64,000 nt of DNA from Octopus sinensis (Eukaryota), in contig NC_043021.1 of assembly GCF_006345805.1 (NCBI RefSeq), forward strand, positions 4,092,001 through 4,156,000, read 5' to 3'. Below the pieces are notes generated by a model, which saw only the letters and a list, made by a program, of their open reading frames with translations, did not search any database and had not been told where the DNA came from. Shown here in pieces: positions 1 through 13,956 of this stretch (position 1 is the stretch's first letter; the number at the start of each line of letters is the position of its first letter). The position numbers and the translations under genes are program-made.

Positions 1-162
1 CTTTCCATTAAGTTTATGGTAGGGCATAAAAGAGCACAGTGCTGGGATACGTATGTGTGTATGTCACTGTGTCATTGCCTTGACATCATGTGATGGTTGT
101 ATTACCCACATGCAAGCAGTGTCCTCCATTTCCACATTTCCAAAAAAAAAAAAAAAATGTAT

Positions 163-546
163 GGCGCAGGAGTGGCTGTGAGGTAAGTAGCTTGCTAACC
201 AACCACATGGTTCCGGGTTCAGTCCCACTGCGTGGCATCTTGGACAAGTGTCTTCTGCTATAGCCCCGGGCTGACTAATGCCTTGTGAGTGGATTTGGTG
301 GACGGAAACTGAAAGAAGCCTGTCGTATATATATGTGTGTGTTTGTGTGTCTGTGTTTGTCCCCCTAGCATTGCTTGACAACCGATGCTGGTGTGTTTAC
401 GTCCCCATCACTTAGCGGTTCGGCAAAAGAGACCGATAGAATAAGTACTGGGCTTACAAAAGAATAAGTCCCGGGGTCGATTTGCTCGACTAAAGGCGGT
501 GCTCCAGCATGGCCACAGTCAAATTACTGAAACAAGTAAAAGAGAG
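163..546 (+). mobile_element. tRNA-derived SINE family A (CORE-like; head GGCGCAGGAGTGGCTGTGTGGTAAG, tail GAAACAAGTAAAAGAG)
   Basis: A/B-box-like head, CCTTGGGCAAGTG CORE-like motif in sister copies, internal (TA)/(TG) tract; more than 15 copies in the window. Resembles the octopus OR2-type CORE SINE (from memory). Confidence 0.85.
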
Positions 547-920
547 TATGGTTGTAGGGGGAAATATTACCCTACTTGGAAACGAGTGAAAGATGGCAAC
601 AGGAAAGATATCTTGCTGTAAAATATCTGCTCCAACAAAATAATATAGCATAGCATGCATAGAGAGACAGATGGATATATACATATATGATTAGCTGAAG
701 TAAGTAATTTCGCTATGCTCAGAACAATATGATACAGAGCAGCAAGCATTGGTGATATGGTAAATTGTATTCTTCTCATGTTTCAAATAAACATCTACAG
801 TTTCAACAATAACAGAAAAACGATTCCTTCATTCTTGCCTATGAAGAAGACTTTCCAAGAAGTGTCTCAATGTCATGATGGAAATATGGAAATGATGAAA
901 ACGTAGAGTACTGCTTGTAA

Positions 921-949
921 TTAAGAATCGGTTTTCTGTGACGGACAAG
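921..949 (-). CDS. Possible terminal coding exon (A-CPSQKTDS-stop) following exon 2413-2533
   Basis: Acceptor gcaatttttatatattttAG at 950-951; phase 1 matches the upstream exon and gives TAA at 921-923, followed by unique UTR-like sequence. The gene could instead continue beyond the left edge. Confidence 0.35.
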
Positions 950-2412
950 CTAAAATATATAAAAATTGCAGACACAGAACAGTTTGTCTGCTCCAATATG
1001 AGGTCAGCCATTGACTTAACTATTTGATGGCTGGGTTTAAAAAAAATTTTTTTTATTAACCCTTTATATGCTGCACAATATGGCAGTATTGCATAGCGAC
1101 TGGTGAACTAATTAATTTTACTGCCATTGCACAGCATGTGGTCAAATATATTCAATTTGTGTGTGCATACCACGTAAAAAACCCCCCAAAAAACATGCTT
1201 TTTACACACATATACAATATCCGACATACATTCATATTACAAGTACAATATCTTGATAAATACCAGAATATTGAAACAAAACAAAAATGTGATCATTTTT
1301 TTTTTAATTTACTAAACTAAAGATATGACATAAGTTTTATACAGCTATTAATTTTTTCTTTAATTATATTTTGTGCAAATAAGAATATAATCATAATGTA
1401 CAGCCCCTTAGATAATTCCCAACACTATACTACATAGTCATCAAGATAAACAAGAGGGTCTCTGTGATATTGTTAGATATTATATAAACGGCTGTTAAAT
1501 CCCCTTAAATCATTCCTATTGCCTAAAAAAAAAAACACATTGAGGGGTAAGATGTACTGAACAGTATGATCCTAGATGTAAAAAAAAATGCTGGGAAGGT
1601 TATGGATGGAGAGCCTTATTGATGGTTTGCTCAATCAGGGCTGAACTAGAGCTAAACAACAACAATAAACTTTATCCATGTTGCAATTCTTTCCTGTGAG
1701 GTTCTAATTACAGGCCTTAAGTGCTGGAGCTGTGACCACTCAATGCAGAGAAGTTATTTAGGGTCAACCAAACGAACCTCTTACTGATGAAATCAGTTAT
1801 CATCATTGTTTTTATGCCACTTTTTCCATACTACAACAGGCAGGACATAGCTGAGTGGAGGCTATCTACACTGGTGGCCCAGAGGCTATGAGTATAAAAA
1901 TCTGTGGAAGGTATTTTGTCATATTTTGTCATCCTTTTAATATTGGTTTCAAATTTTGCTACAAGGTCAGCAATTTGGGATAGGGGGTAAGTCAATTACA
2001 TTGACTCCAGTACTCAACTGGTACTTATTTTATCAACTCTGAAAGGACGAAAGGCAAAGTCAACCTTGGCAGAATTTGAACTCAGAACATAAAGATGAAC
2101 GAAATGCTGCTAAACATTTTGCCTGGTGTGCTAATGATTCTGCCAACCCACCAGCTTTGATACTTTCAATTTTAACCCATCTAGCATGCAGTTATGATCA
2201 GAGACAGTATTGAGTAACTTCATAGCAAAAGAGTAAAGGACTAAGACCTTTGGCAGTCAAAAGCCTCAGTTGTTCAAAACCCTTCTTCCGTTCTCTGCCA
2301 GTAAAACAGATTTTTACAATAGGCATCTATTTAAAAAAGATGCTATCATTTACTTCATTTCACCAGTCCTTGACATAATTGCACACCTTCACAAATGAAA
2401 GTAATGACTTAC

Positions 2413-2533
2413 CTGATTTGGGGGCATTGATAGCTGCTTGCCTTTGATCTCGTAACATTGTCAACTCTATGTTCAATTCCTCTTGCTTCAATTCTTGCAT
2501 CCGGTATTTGTGCTCCAGTTGTCCTAGCTGTGA
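2413..2533 (-). CDS. Internal coding exon of an unidentified coiled-coil protein (SQLGQLEHKYRMQELKQEELNIELTMLRDQRQAAINAPKS)
   Basis: Acceptor ctgttttctaatttcAG and donor CAG|GTAAGT on the minus strand; 121 nt, phase 0 to phase 1, open frame with heptad-like L/M/Y spacing; unique non-repeat sequence. Confidence 0.8.
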
Positions 2534-2951
2534 CTGAAATTAGAAAACAGTAGGATATGTAAGAAATTGAGATGGCAAACGAATAAGTAATTATTTTATG
2601 AACTTCATTAGCTTACAGTTGTTCCTGCTATAAAATGCAATGCACTCCCAGATGAGTGACTGAGTATCACCTTATGGCTTCATCAGAGTCTCAAACATGA
2701 AATGCACTTCATATGTGTGCATGTTTGATACTGTTTATATATTGGTATTTGTAAATAAACAATATCAAACACATATACACAAGGTATGTGTTTTGCTATG
2801 TTGTGGCTAGGCTGCACTTATAGGCATAAGAGAATATATTCTCTTACACCTATAAGTGCAGCCTACCAATGGACTAATAAAACACATAACTTGTGTATGA
2901 GAGTTCGATACTGTTTATATCTCTCAAACTGTTTTTAATTCATATTTGAAT

Positions 2952-3022
<71 letters not shown>

Positions 3023-3031
3023 AATGTGCAT

Positions 3032-3077
<46 letters not shown>

Positions 3078-4056
3078 TGTGCATTGTGTGTGTACATGCA
3101 CGCATGCACACACACACTGATATTCAAGTATATTATACAACTATTATACATCTCTGGGGAAAAGAAGAAATTTGAACATTTGAATTTTTAGTGACCTAAC
3201 AATGGTTAAAATGAATAGCAGAGAATATTATTTCCTCCGTTATTAGGTCAAAAAATTCTGTCACTATCCAGTATTAAAGACAAACAGTTGATTTAAAAGA
3301 TGTAATCATAAAAAGAATGTTTTATAGTCATAAGTATGTTATACATGTGTGTCATGCTGATGACATCAACTGAGGCAGAAACATGTCCATGAAATGTTTC
3401 ATTATCTCTAGACAATAGCATGTCAGTTTTGGAGAATTCTTAAATCTTGAGATTATATCTATCCCCTTCCCAAGTGGAGCAGGTTATTATGGCTGTTTAG
3501 TAATTATGATACATCCTCTAGGGGTGAAGATAATTTCAATAATTCAAGAATTTATGTTGTATAGCATTTGATATGCCTGTATTTGTCTGTGTAGTTCAAA
3601 TACATGCCAATAGCCACTTTGACATACCTCTGTTGGTTTGTTTTTGTTCAATAGGATAAAGTGGGACTGAAGATAACTAAGGATCAAGATATCTGGTGCT
3701 TGCTGTACTCAGGTAGACTTGTTCACCACAACAGAATTGACACCTGTGTTGGTGCCACGTAAAAATAGCACCCAGTACTCTCTGTGGACTGGTTAGCATA
3801 AGGAGGAGCATCCAGCAGCTCTAGAAACCATGCCAGAATAGACAATGGAGCCTGGCGTGACCCCTCGCTTTACCAGCACCAGCCAAACTGTCCAACTCAT
3901 GCCAGCATGGAAAACAGGTGTTAATTAATTAAAAAACAAAAAAAATCTCAGTTCATCTCCAGTATCTTTTAATGAGTCAGTGAAATGCTTGAATGGCCAC
4001 ACACTGTTGCCCAAGTCCTTCTTCCTTCCTCTCCACATTCTCTGTCTGTCTGTCCG

Positions 4057-4087
<31 letters not shown>

Positions 4088-5624
4088 ATCTCTTTCTAAC
4101 AGTAAAGATGGTTCAACTTGAGTTCTTCTTTATTTTTTATCAATTTTCTTTTTGTGTGAGCTTACTTACTTTCTCTCCCACTCCTCCCCCACTTTGATGT
4201 TAAAAGCTGCAAAAAAAAAAAAAAAAAGGCCGACCCCCCCCCCCGCTCCCACTTCCCCAACTACCTCACCTGACATTCATTAGCATCTTCTGCCCCCACT
4301 TTTTTTCTTATTACAATATCTTCCACCTTCCTTCTCTTTCATTCCAGTGTCTCAGAGGTAGACATCACCCCCACCCACCACCCCACCCCCACCCCCACCA
4401 CAATTCCATAATGATATTAAAAAATTGCTTTGATGAAGCTTTCTGTTCTTCTCTCTCTCTCTCCCTCTCTCCCTCCCTTCCAATCTCTTTTTCCTTCACT
4501 GTCAGGTTCTCTCTCTCCCTCCCTCCCCTCTCTCCCTCCCTCCCCTCTCTCCCTCCCTCCCCTCCCTCCCTCCCCTCTCTTCTTCCCTCTCCTGCCACTA
4601 TTCCTCACTTTGATGTCCACAAAATACATGCATTTTCATGTTTGCATTCACAAAGTTGTCATTAAGATAACAGCGGGAGGCGGCGGCGGAGGGCAAAAAA
4701 AAAAAAAAAAAAAAAGAGACACCGTCAATGTGCACAACTTTTATTTAACCAGAAACATTGATGGAGCAATGTTAAGAAAAACGAGACAAAAAAAAGAATA
4801 GAAAAAAAAGAAAACAAAAAGGAAAAAAAAAAAAAAACAAAACAAAAACAAATAAAAAAAACAACAAAAAACAAACAAACACACAGACAACAACAAAAGA
4901 AAAATGAAGTAATACTCAAAAAAAAAAAAAAAAACTACTTCTCTACATAACTTATAATTCTTGCAGTGAAAAGATGTCTTGGAGTAAAATAACTCTAGAT
5001 CTTAACTCTAAAATAATTATTTCTTACATGAAAGCTGAAGATATTTCTTTCTCAGAAACAAATGGGAAGCAACAATATTCATACCTAGTTTTTTTTGTTT
5101 TTTTTTTATTTGCTTGTTTCTGTTCTAATAACACCAATCAATCAACAGAGAAAACCTATGGAAACCAGAGGTGCACAGCGAGAGATGTAATGTCTCTCTC
5201 TCCCTCTCTTTAGATCTTCTCCAGTCGTCAGACAACTTCAAGAGTTTTTCCTCCCCTCTTCAATCCATCGCTCTGCTCAACCACCTTCCTTCATAGTCTG
5301 CCGTTAACTCTTTCACCAAGATTTTTGACCAGGTATGATTATTTTTGCAAGATTAATGGTTATCTAAGTATGCGATGAATTTGTAAAAAGACAAGTTTTG
5401 TATAATAGGTGCCCGCATGGCTCTGTGGTTAGGAAGATTGTTTCCTAACCACATGATTTCAAGTTCAGGCCCACTTTGGGGCACCTTGAGCAAATGTCTC
5501 CTACTTTAGCTCCAGTCTGACCAAAACCCTAGGAGTGGATTTTGTAGATAGAAACTGAAAGAAGTCCACCAAATATGGGTGTGTATCTATCTGCAGCCAG
5601 ATGTCACAACTATAACTGTTTATC

Positions 5625-5856
5625 TATTTCTTTATTGCCCACAAGGGGTTAAACATAGAGGGGACAAACAAGGACAGACATAGGTATTAAGTCGATTACA
5701 TCGACCCCAGTGCGTAACTGGTACTTAATTTATCGACCCCGAAAGGATGAAAGGCAAAGTCGACCTCAGCGGAATTTGAACTCAGAATGTAGCGGCAGAC
5801 GAAATACCGCTCAGCATTTCGTCTGGCGCGCTAACGTTTCTGCCAGCTCGCTGCCT
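5625..5856 (-). mobile_element. SINE family B monomer (tRNA head, Meta-like GGTCGACTTTGCCTTTCATCC domain, 3' end GAAATAG)
   Basis: 17-bp TSD AACTATAACTGTTTATC (5608-5624 / 5864-5880); A box TGGCAGAA, B box GAGTTCAAATTC; central domain resembles the Meta-SINE domain as I recall it. Confidence 0.85.
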
Positions 5857-6914
5857 AAACTATAACTATAACTGTTTATCGCTTTGAGATGACTTGAGAA
5901 GCTTTCTCCATACTGGTCGGCTTTTGGCTTGGGCTTGCCGGCAGAATCATTAGCATGCTGGGCAAAATGCTTAGCAATATTTTGTCAGTTTTTACGTTCT
6001 GAGTTCAAATTCTGCCAAGGTCGACTTTGTCATCCATCATTTTGGGGTCGATGAAATAAGTACCAGTTATGTACTGGGGTCGATTTAATCGACTATGTCC
6101 CTTTTTTTTTTTTAAATTTCAGGCCTTGTGCTTATTACGATCAATTCTTTTCCGCTTCTTGTTACTTTTTGCAATATCTTTGAATCTCAGTCTAGGTCTT
6201 CCATGGGTTGCTTTTACCCCTTGAATAGTTAGGAGTGAAGGATTTGTGTGGAGAATCTGTTGTCGTCTCTCCACTGTAAGGGATCCAACCTATGCAAATT
6301 TCTGTCAATGCGGATTTCCATCATAAGCTGTGGTATCTATATACACACATGTATACATGCACACATGTATTTATGTACATGCAGGTGTTCATGTCACATT
6401 GTTTTGATATCCAGTTATGGTTATAAATGTGTTATAGTCATACAAGCAATGTCCAGTTTTTTAGGAAAATATATCAAACCACAGGGAAATATTACCTTGC
6501 TTGCAAACAGGTGAAGGTTGGCAACAGGAAGAGCATCAAGTTGTAGAAAATCTGCCTCAACAGATTTCTATTTGAGTCATGCAATCATGGTAAAGAGAAC
6601 ATTAAATCAATGATGATGCGGATGAGATGAGGTTTTAAGAAAACCAACCCTAGCACATTGATATCAAACTTTGGCAAAAGGCCAGCAATTTCAGGAGAGT
6701 ATGTTAAGTCGGTTACCTTGACCCCAGTGCACAACTGGTGCTTATTTTATTCACTATGAAAAGATGAAAGACAAAGAAAACCTCAGCAGAATTCAAACTC
6801 AAAATGTAAAGATGAACAAAGACGGACCACTCTTGTAAGCCTTAATAATAATAATAATAATAATAATAATACATTATTTACAATTAATGGATATTTTGTC
6901 CTCATCTTACGTGT

Positions 6915-6962
6915 TGCTAACACATTTCGGCTGATACACCCTGCAGACTTCATCAGATGTCT
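6915..6962 (-). ncRNA. Degenerate hammerhead motif, PLE family 3
   Basis: GACAT-CTGATGA-A-GTCTG CAGGGTGTAT CAGCC-GAAA-TGTGTT; core intact, stem II mismatched, cleavage site damaged; near (TAA)n. Confidence 0.5.
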
Positions 6963-9804
6963 TGGGGGAAATTTTGAACCTGGGTTTTTTTATTCCTAAG
7001 GTATTTTTCGATGTTTTTGTTGTATCACTCTGTAAAAACAAGCTTAACTGGAGCCAACCCATGGATTTACAATACAGAATTGTGATGAACATAACCTTGG
7101 ACCTTACCAAAAGATTACTTGGAGTTCTTCACTAATCTAAGTAATATTGTTAACCTGGTGTGCCAACTGAGAGCTTATGAAGTATTTTGCCTGGGTTGAT
7201 AATGCCCCACTACACACACACACACACAAATGAATATCTGTGTGTGTGTGTGTGTGTCTGTTACTGTCTCTTAGCCTTGGCTTTAGGTACTGACTGTAAA
7301 TGGGGGTATCACCACAATGCAAACAGTTGTCCTTTGTTTTCAACCTTCCATGGAAAACCTGTTTGGTCAGGGAGAAATATTACCTTACTTTGGAAACATC
7401 TGAGGGTTGGTGACAAGAAGGGCAACTGGTTGAAAAATAATCTGCTTCATCAAATTCTATCGAACCCATGCAAGCATGGAAACGTAGAAGTTAAAACTCT
7501 GACGACGATGACGAAGTCGATTCCACTCACTGGAAATGCATCTTCAGCCTTATAGGTTGATGCATTTTTCCTAAAGGCACACACACACACACACACACAC
7601 ACACGTGTATCTGTATGCATGTCCATGTGTGCACACATACGCATGCAGTGAACATACAAAGAAGTTCTGGGTAAATATCGCTTGAAACATCAGTTTTTGA
7701 ATGAAAAATTGAAAGACCTTACCACATTCATTGAATATTTTCCCCTACTTCCTACACTCAATCACACACACACACACACACACATGCATGCATGCATGCG
7801 CGCGTGCATGCATGCGCATAAGAATTTGGGGATCCAATAAATTGTTGATTGAAGATTCACATCTCCACTTATCAACAATGATAACTAATAATGTTTAAAA
7901 TTCTTATTCACCAATAAATGGAAATTGCGGTGCGTGTGTATGTATGTATGTATGTTTGCGTGTATATACACACATACATACAAATATAGACACACACACA
8001 TACACAAACATACACACAAACACACACAAATATATATGTACACACACACACATATGCATGTACGTAATCATATACATACAAGCACTACACACACATGTAC
8101 ATACATATACACATACATGTCCACATGCATAGACAAATATGCACATACACATTATATATATATACAGACTATATATACATATACACAAATGTGTATATAT
8201 ATATATAAACACATATAAATACTTATACATACATAAATATATATATGTATATACATACATAAATATATACATATGCATGTATACATACATATGCACATAT
8301 ATGTATACAAACATAAATATATATACTTCACACACATCTCTGAAGACATGAAGAGAAGGTAAAAGAATCTATAATGCCATTGCCAAACCATGGAAACACA
8401 TCACATTATAGAAGTGTGCATGCCAGCTATTCTTATATTGAACACTGGAGCTAGAATAGGTAATTAATAATCAATCAACACTTCAGAGAACATGAAGAGG
8501 GGGGAAAAAAACCCCCAAAAAACATAAAAAGCTAAACAAGATCTATTACAGAAAGAAACTGAAATTTTGATGGGTGAGAGAAATGGTCTTGAAAATAAAA
8601 TGATTTTTCAAGGAAAATAATAATTTCTTTTGGTTTTTTTTATAAATTTATGCATAATTTATGATATTTTTAAGGCTAGCTTTATGAATTTATTTATCAG
8701 TTTTTATAAACAATATCTATTATCTTCTATCGTTTATATCTTCTACTCGTTTCAGTCATTAGACTATGGCCATGCTGGGGCACCACCTAGAAGAAATTTA
8801 GTTGAATAAATCAACTGCAGTAATTATTTTTGTAAGCCTGGTATTTATTCTTTTGCCGAACCAATAAGTTATGGGGACCTAAACACACCAACACAGGTTG
8901 TCAAGCAGTGGGTGGGTGGGGAGGACAAACACTGACACAAAGATCACATACACACACACAATTGACTTCTTTCAGTTTCTGTCTACCAAATACACTCACA
9001 AGGCTTTGGTTGGCCCAAAGCTATAGTAGAAGACACTTGACCAAGGTGCCACGCAGTGGGACTGAACCTGGAACCATGTGGTTGAGAAGTAATCTTCTTC
9101 TTTATATCTTTTACTTGTTTCAGTCAGTGGGACTGCAGACACATCACACTGCTTGGTCCAGGAATGGAAACCACAAACTCATGATCAAGAGTCCAACACC
9201 TTAACCATGGAGCCATTCACCTCCACAATGCCTAATAATTAATATTCATATTTTTTCTTAATTACTGAATAACTATAATTAATTATAATTTAAAGTTTAT
9301 TTTTATTACTGAATGATAATTATAATAAATAATTCTTTAGAAGTTTGGGAATTTATGAATTTATGTAAAATAAATGACTTTATATCACAAAATAATTTCA
9401 AGATATGGTTATGCCAAACTACATTGAAATCTTCCATGTGGTTATTGAAAATGCAAGAAATAGCAGGCAAATCTCTCTTCACATCATACCCTACTGCCTT
9501 GAACAAAAGACTCATTGGATAATGTGATCTTAGATACAGCAATGTGTGATGTGCACCACCAGAGCCTTGGCAACCATGTTCTTCTACTATGACACAATGG
9601 AAGTGGGTATTTTGGAGAAAAGACACTGTATGTGGTTACTTGACAACTGACAAGTCCCTCAACCCTTTGGAGGTCATTGAGGTGTTGCAGCCATGCAGCG
9701 TATCTAGAGCATGAAAGCCTGGTAGGGGCCATCCCTCACCAGGCTAAATGAATTTCTACAGCTGAACAGACTGGAGCAACATGAAATGAAGTGTTTTTGT
9801 TTAA

Positions 9805-10025
9805 CCCTTTAGCATTTAAACTGGCCATATCTGGCCAAAAGTATTCTGTCTGTTTTATGTTCAAACTGGCCAGATCTGGTCAACCACACCAAACCTACAA
9901 TATCGTTTTAAAAATTAACAGCTACCTCATCAAAATCTCATACCTACAAGATAATGCATGATTAGTTCAAAACAATGTGGATGAAAAAGTATTAATTTTG
10001 GCAGAATAATGCGAACACTAAAGGG
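9805..10025. mobile_element. piggyBac-type MITE
   Basis: TTAA|CCCTTTAG ... CTAAAGGG|TTAA; interrupts a family E SINE; degenerate sister copy at 53646-53839. Confidence 0.85.
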
Positions 10026-10299
10026 TTAAGAACACAACGGATTGCCTGGTCCAGAGATTGAAACCACAATCTTATAGTCATGAATCCAACACTCTAACCA
10101 CTAAGTGACGTGCCTCCACTAGTGGTACTCATTTCTACAGCTGAGTGGACTGGAGCAATTGCTCAAGAACACAATGTATCGCTTGGTCCAGGAATCGAAA
10201 CCACAATCTTACGATCGTGAGTCCAACACCCTAACCACTAAACCACACGATTCCACTTACTTACAGCCTTTTTTTCTTCACCGTCCCATGCAACCGATT

Positions 10300-10340
<41 letters not shown>

Positions 10341-11104
10341 GGTGAGGGAGAGAGAGAGAGAGAAAGAAAGAGAGGTGGGTGATTTAATTCTAGTATTTGA
10401 CATGTACTAATATTTAAATGACCTCAGAAAGATGAAAGGCAAAATGGATGTGGTGGGATTTGAACTCAAAATGCCATGAGCCAGAACAAATAGTACAAAC
10501 CATTTGCTCATCATTCTGATGATTCTACCAACCGACTGGTGATGGTGATGATGATGTGACCTGGTAGTTAGGATGTTACACACATGGTCTTATGATAATG
10601 GTTTCAACTCCTGGACTGGGAAATGCATTGTAGGAAGGGCAACAAACCCTAGAACTCATCCCAAAACAGACAATTGGAGCCCGGTGCAGCTCTCCAGCTC
10701 CTGTCAAACAATCCAACCCATGCCAGCATGGAAAAATGGACATTAAATGATGATGATGATGTTGACAGCTACACCTGATTTTCTTTTGAAATTTTTTTAC
10801 CAAATCTTTTACATCACACCAAATTCTGAAGGGAAAATATTTCCGTTAGGATTTAAGAATTTCAGCAACTCTTCGACAATAGAAAAACAATATTTTTCTT
10901 TTTCTCTCTCCTTCCGATTCATTTTATTTTTATAGTTTGTTATTCAATTTTTCCTTTTTTTTTCTCCTGCACACCTTTACGCTTCACCAGTCTAATTCAA
11001 GTAAGTGACTTGGCATCAACTGATGAAGTGTTATGTTGTCTTGATACAACTACACATGCTTTGGCATTGGAGTGGTGGTGTGGCGCTGGCAAAGAAATGT
11101 GAAA

Positions 11105-11136
<32 letters not shown>

Positions 11137-11837
11137 GGAGGGGGATGAAGGGAGAGAAACAAAGATAGGGAAGAAGCGATTTTGCTTTATGCTGGCACCG
11201 ATTCCGTTTCCTTTGATATCCACTGCCTGCAATGTTTTAAAACACTGTTATATGGCTGCAAAGGTGAGATGATGAGATTAGGAATTTTGTTGAACAACTG
11301 TTGCTGCCATGACCCTCTGGTTGATAGGAAAGTGTGGTGAGGTGGTGGTGGTGGTGTATGGTGGCATGGAGTTGCTGGTCACAATGATACTTAGCTCGAA
11401 AAACATTTTTTTTTATTTTACATATAAACACATACATACATTAATAAACATATATATACATACACACATATGTACATCTTTATATATACATATCTCTCTC
11501 TCTCTATACATATATATATATATATATATATATAAACATACATACGTGTGTGTGCTGATATATATATGTATATATATAAACATATATACGTATGTGTGCT
11601 GACATTATATATATATATATACATACATATATTTACATATACATGCATATATAAACACACATTCATAGGTGTGGTGACATGGATGTGTTGGTTACAATGA
11701 TACTAAGCACAAGACATTTTTTCTATTACATATCTATGAACACAAACATACATACACATCTTTACCCTGATTTATGGTCTCCTAGACTATTTACACACAT
11801 ATAAGATATATATATGTGCAAATGCATATGTATGTGC

Positions 11838-11869
<32 letters not shown>

Positions 11870-12045
11870 GTTTATGTATCTACCATTGACCTGTTTATGA
11901 ATCACACTGTTTATCTATAGTTAGAAATACAGTAGTTGACGGTTTGGAATTATGTAGGAATGTGGTGGGGAGGTCAGTGGAGCAGAATAGTAACAGAGAA
12001 AATAGTATTCATCATATACACCATGTGATGATATACATAGTGTTT

Positions 12046-12370
12046 GAAGGCACATGGCTCAGTGGTTAGAGTGTTAGGCTCACAATCATGAGGTAGTGAG
12101 TTCAATTCCTGGATCAGGCAGTGTGTTGTGTTCTTGAGCAAGACACTTCATTTCACCTTGCTCCAGATCGCTCACCTGTAGAATTGAATTGCAGCATCAC
12201 TGGTGCCAAACTGGATCGGTCTTTGCCAATGGTATGGAGAGTGGAGGCTGGTTTGCATGGGTGACTGCTGGTCTTCCATAAACAACCACGCCCAGGGTTG
12301 TACCTCGGAGGGGAACTCTCTAGGTGCAATCTCATGGTCATTCATGACCAGATGGGGTCTTAACCCTTTA
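12046..12370 (+). mobile_element. tRNA-derived SINE family E (V-like TGTGTTCTTGAGCAAGACACTT)
   Basis: Head TGGCTCAGTGGTTAG...GAGTTCAATTCC; related reverse fragments at ~9640-10250, 25930-26160, 42075-42435. Confidence 0.7.
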
Positions 12371-12399
12371 TCCTGATATGAAGGAAGGAAGCTTTAGAC

Positions 12400-12640
12400 C
12401 AGTGATTCTCAGCCATTTTTGGCCCCTATGAATCCCTTTGATTCCTAATTTACTTTACTGGACCCTCCACAGCAATTTGGTGTATATTTTTAAAGAATCT
12501 TACTGTATTTCTATAATTGAATATTATTAGGAATTGTATACATAAATTGAAATAATTTGGTTTTTGTAGAATTATGTGCAATTTATTGTACATAAATTTT
12601 AACAATAAAATCTTGTATGGACCCCAGTTGGGAACCAGTG
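12400..12640. mobile_element. hAT (Charlie-like) MITE
   Basis: TIR CAGTGATTCTCAGC / GTTGGGAACCAGTG; 8-bp TSD CTTTAGAC / CTTTAGAT. Confidence 0.75.
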
Positions 12641-12873
12641 CTTTAGATGGAGGGGGAGGCAAGGAAGGATGGGGATGTGTATGGAGGAAGAGGGTAAGAA
12701 AGAAAGAGAGGTGAAGGGAGTGAAAGAGAGGTGAAGGGGTTGAATAAAAAGGGAGAAGGAAAGATAGAAGAGAAGAAAGGAAGACAATGGAAATGAAGAG
12801 AGAGGGAGAAAAATGGGAGAAGAAAAAAACAAGAATAGAGAGAGAGGAAGAGATAGAGAAAGAGAGAGAGAGA

Positions 12874-12916
<43 letters not shown>

Positions 12917-13573
12917 AAGAGATAGATAGATATATAGATAGATAGAGAGAGAGAGAAAGAGATAGATAGATATATAGATAGATAGATAGAGAGAGAGGTG
13001 AGAGATATCAAGGTATTGTCCAGCATTTTGATGATATAAGAGGGATATTTGTTTGAAGTTTGGACAATAAAACAGCTGATTGCTTTAAAGAATAACAACG
13101 GACCCTCCTCCACCCCCCAACACTGGTGCAAGCCCTAATGAGGCAACCATTATAGAACCTACTGAACCAGCTCATTTTTTTTTAATTTTTAATATTTATT
13201 TTATGTTTGTGACAGTTGTTCATCATCAGAGAAGCGATGCAACGTTGGTGGCAGAACAAGGCTGGTCAAGGTATGCTCTGCCTGCTATAGATATTGTGCT
13301 AACACAGTCCTTTTTACCTGGCATGCTAACAATTCTGCCAGTTCATTGCCTTAATAATAATCCTTTCTGCAGGAAGCACAAGGCTTCAAATTTGGGGGAA
13401 GGGATTAAGTCAATTAAATCGACCCCAGTGCATAACAGATACTTGTTTAAACGACCCCAAAAGGATGACAGGTAAAGTCGACCCTGACAGAATTTGAACT
13501 CAGAACGTAACGGCATACGAAATACTACTAAGCATTTTGCCTGGTGTGCTAACAAATAATAATAATGATAGTA

Positions 13574-13956
13574 GAGGCGCAATGGCCCAGTGGTTAGGGC
13601 AGCGGACTCACGGTCATAGGATCGCGGTTTCGATTCCCAGACCGGGCGTTGTGAGTGTTTATTGAGCGAAAACACCTAAAAGCTCCACGAGGCTCCGGCA
13701 GGGGATGGTGGTGATCCCTGCTGTACTCTTTCACCACAACTTTCTCTCACTCTTACTTCCTGTTTCTGTTGTACCTGTATTTCAAGGGGCCGGCCTTGTC
13801 ACTCTCTGTGTCACGCTGAATATCCCCGAGAACTATGTTAAGGGTACACGCGTCTGTGGAATGCTCAGCCACTTACACGTTAATTTCACGAGCAGGCTGT
13901 TCCGTTGATTCGGATCAACCGGAACCCTCATCGTCGTAACCGATGGAGTGCTTCCA
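13574..13956 (+). mobile_element. tRNA-derived SINE family D
   Basis: Head GGCGCAATGGCCCAGTGGTTAGGGCAGCG...GGTTTCGATTCCC; TSD-like AATAATAATGATA on both sides; reverse copies at 20226-20528 and ~15505-15640. Confidence 0.85.

Noticed and set aside
805-945. Inverted repeat ACAGAAAA.CGATTC as a miRNA hairpin
   Set aside because: Only ~15 bp with a ~100-nt unpaired interior.
9306-9626. Overlapping ORFs in unique-looking AT-rich DNA
   Set aside because: No recognisable motif and no paired splice sites.
13574-13650. tRNA gene (also at 12046, 163 and the family B heads)
   Set aside because: Imperfect cloverleafs that continue into SINE bodies with tails and TSDs.
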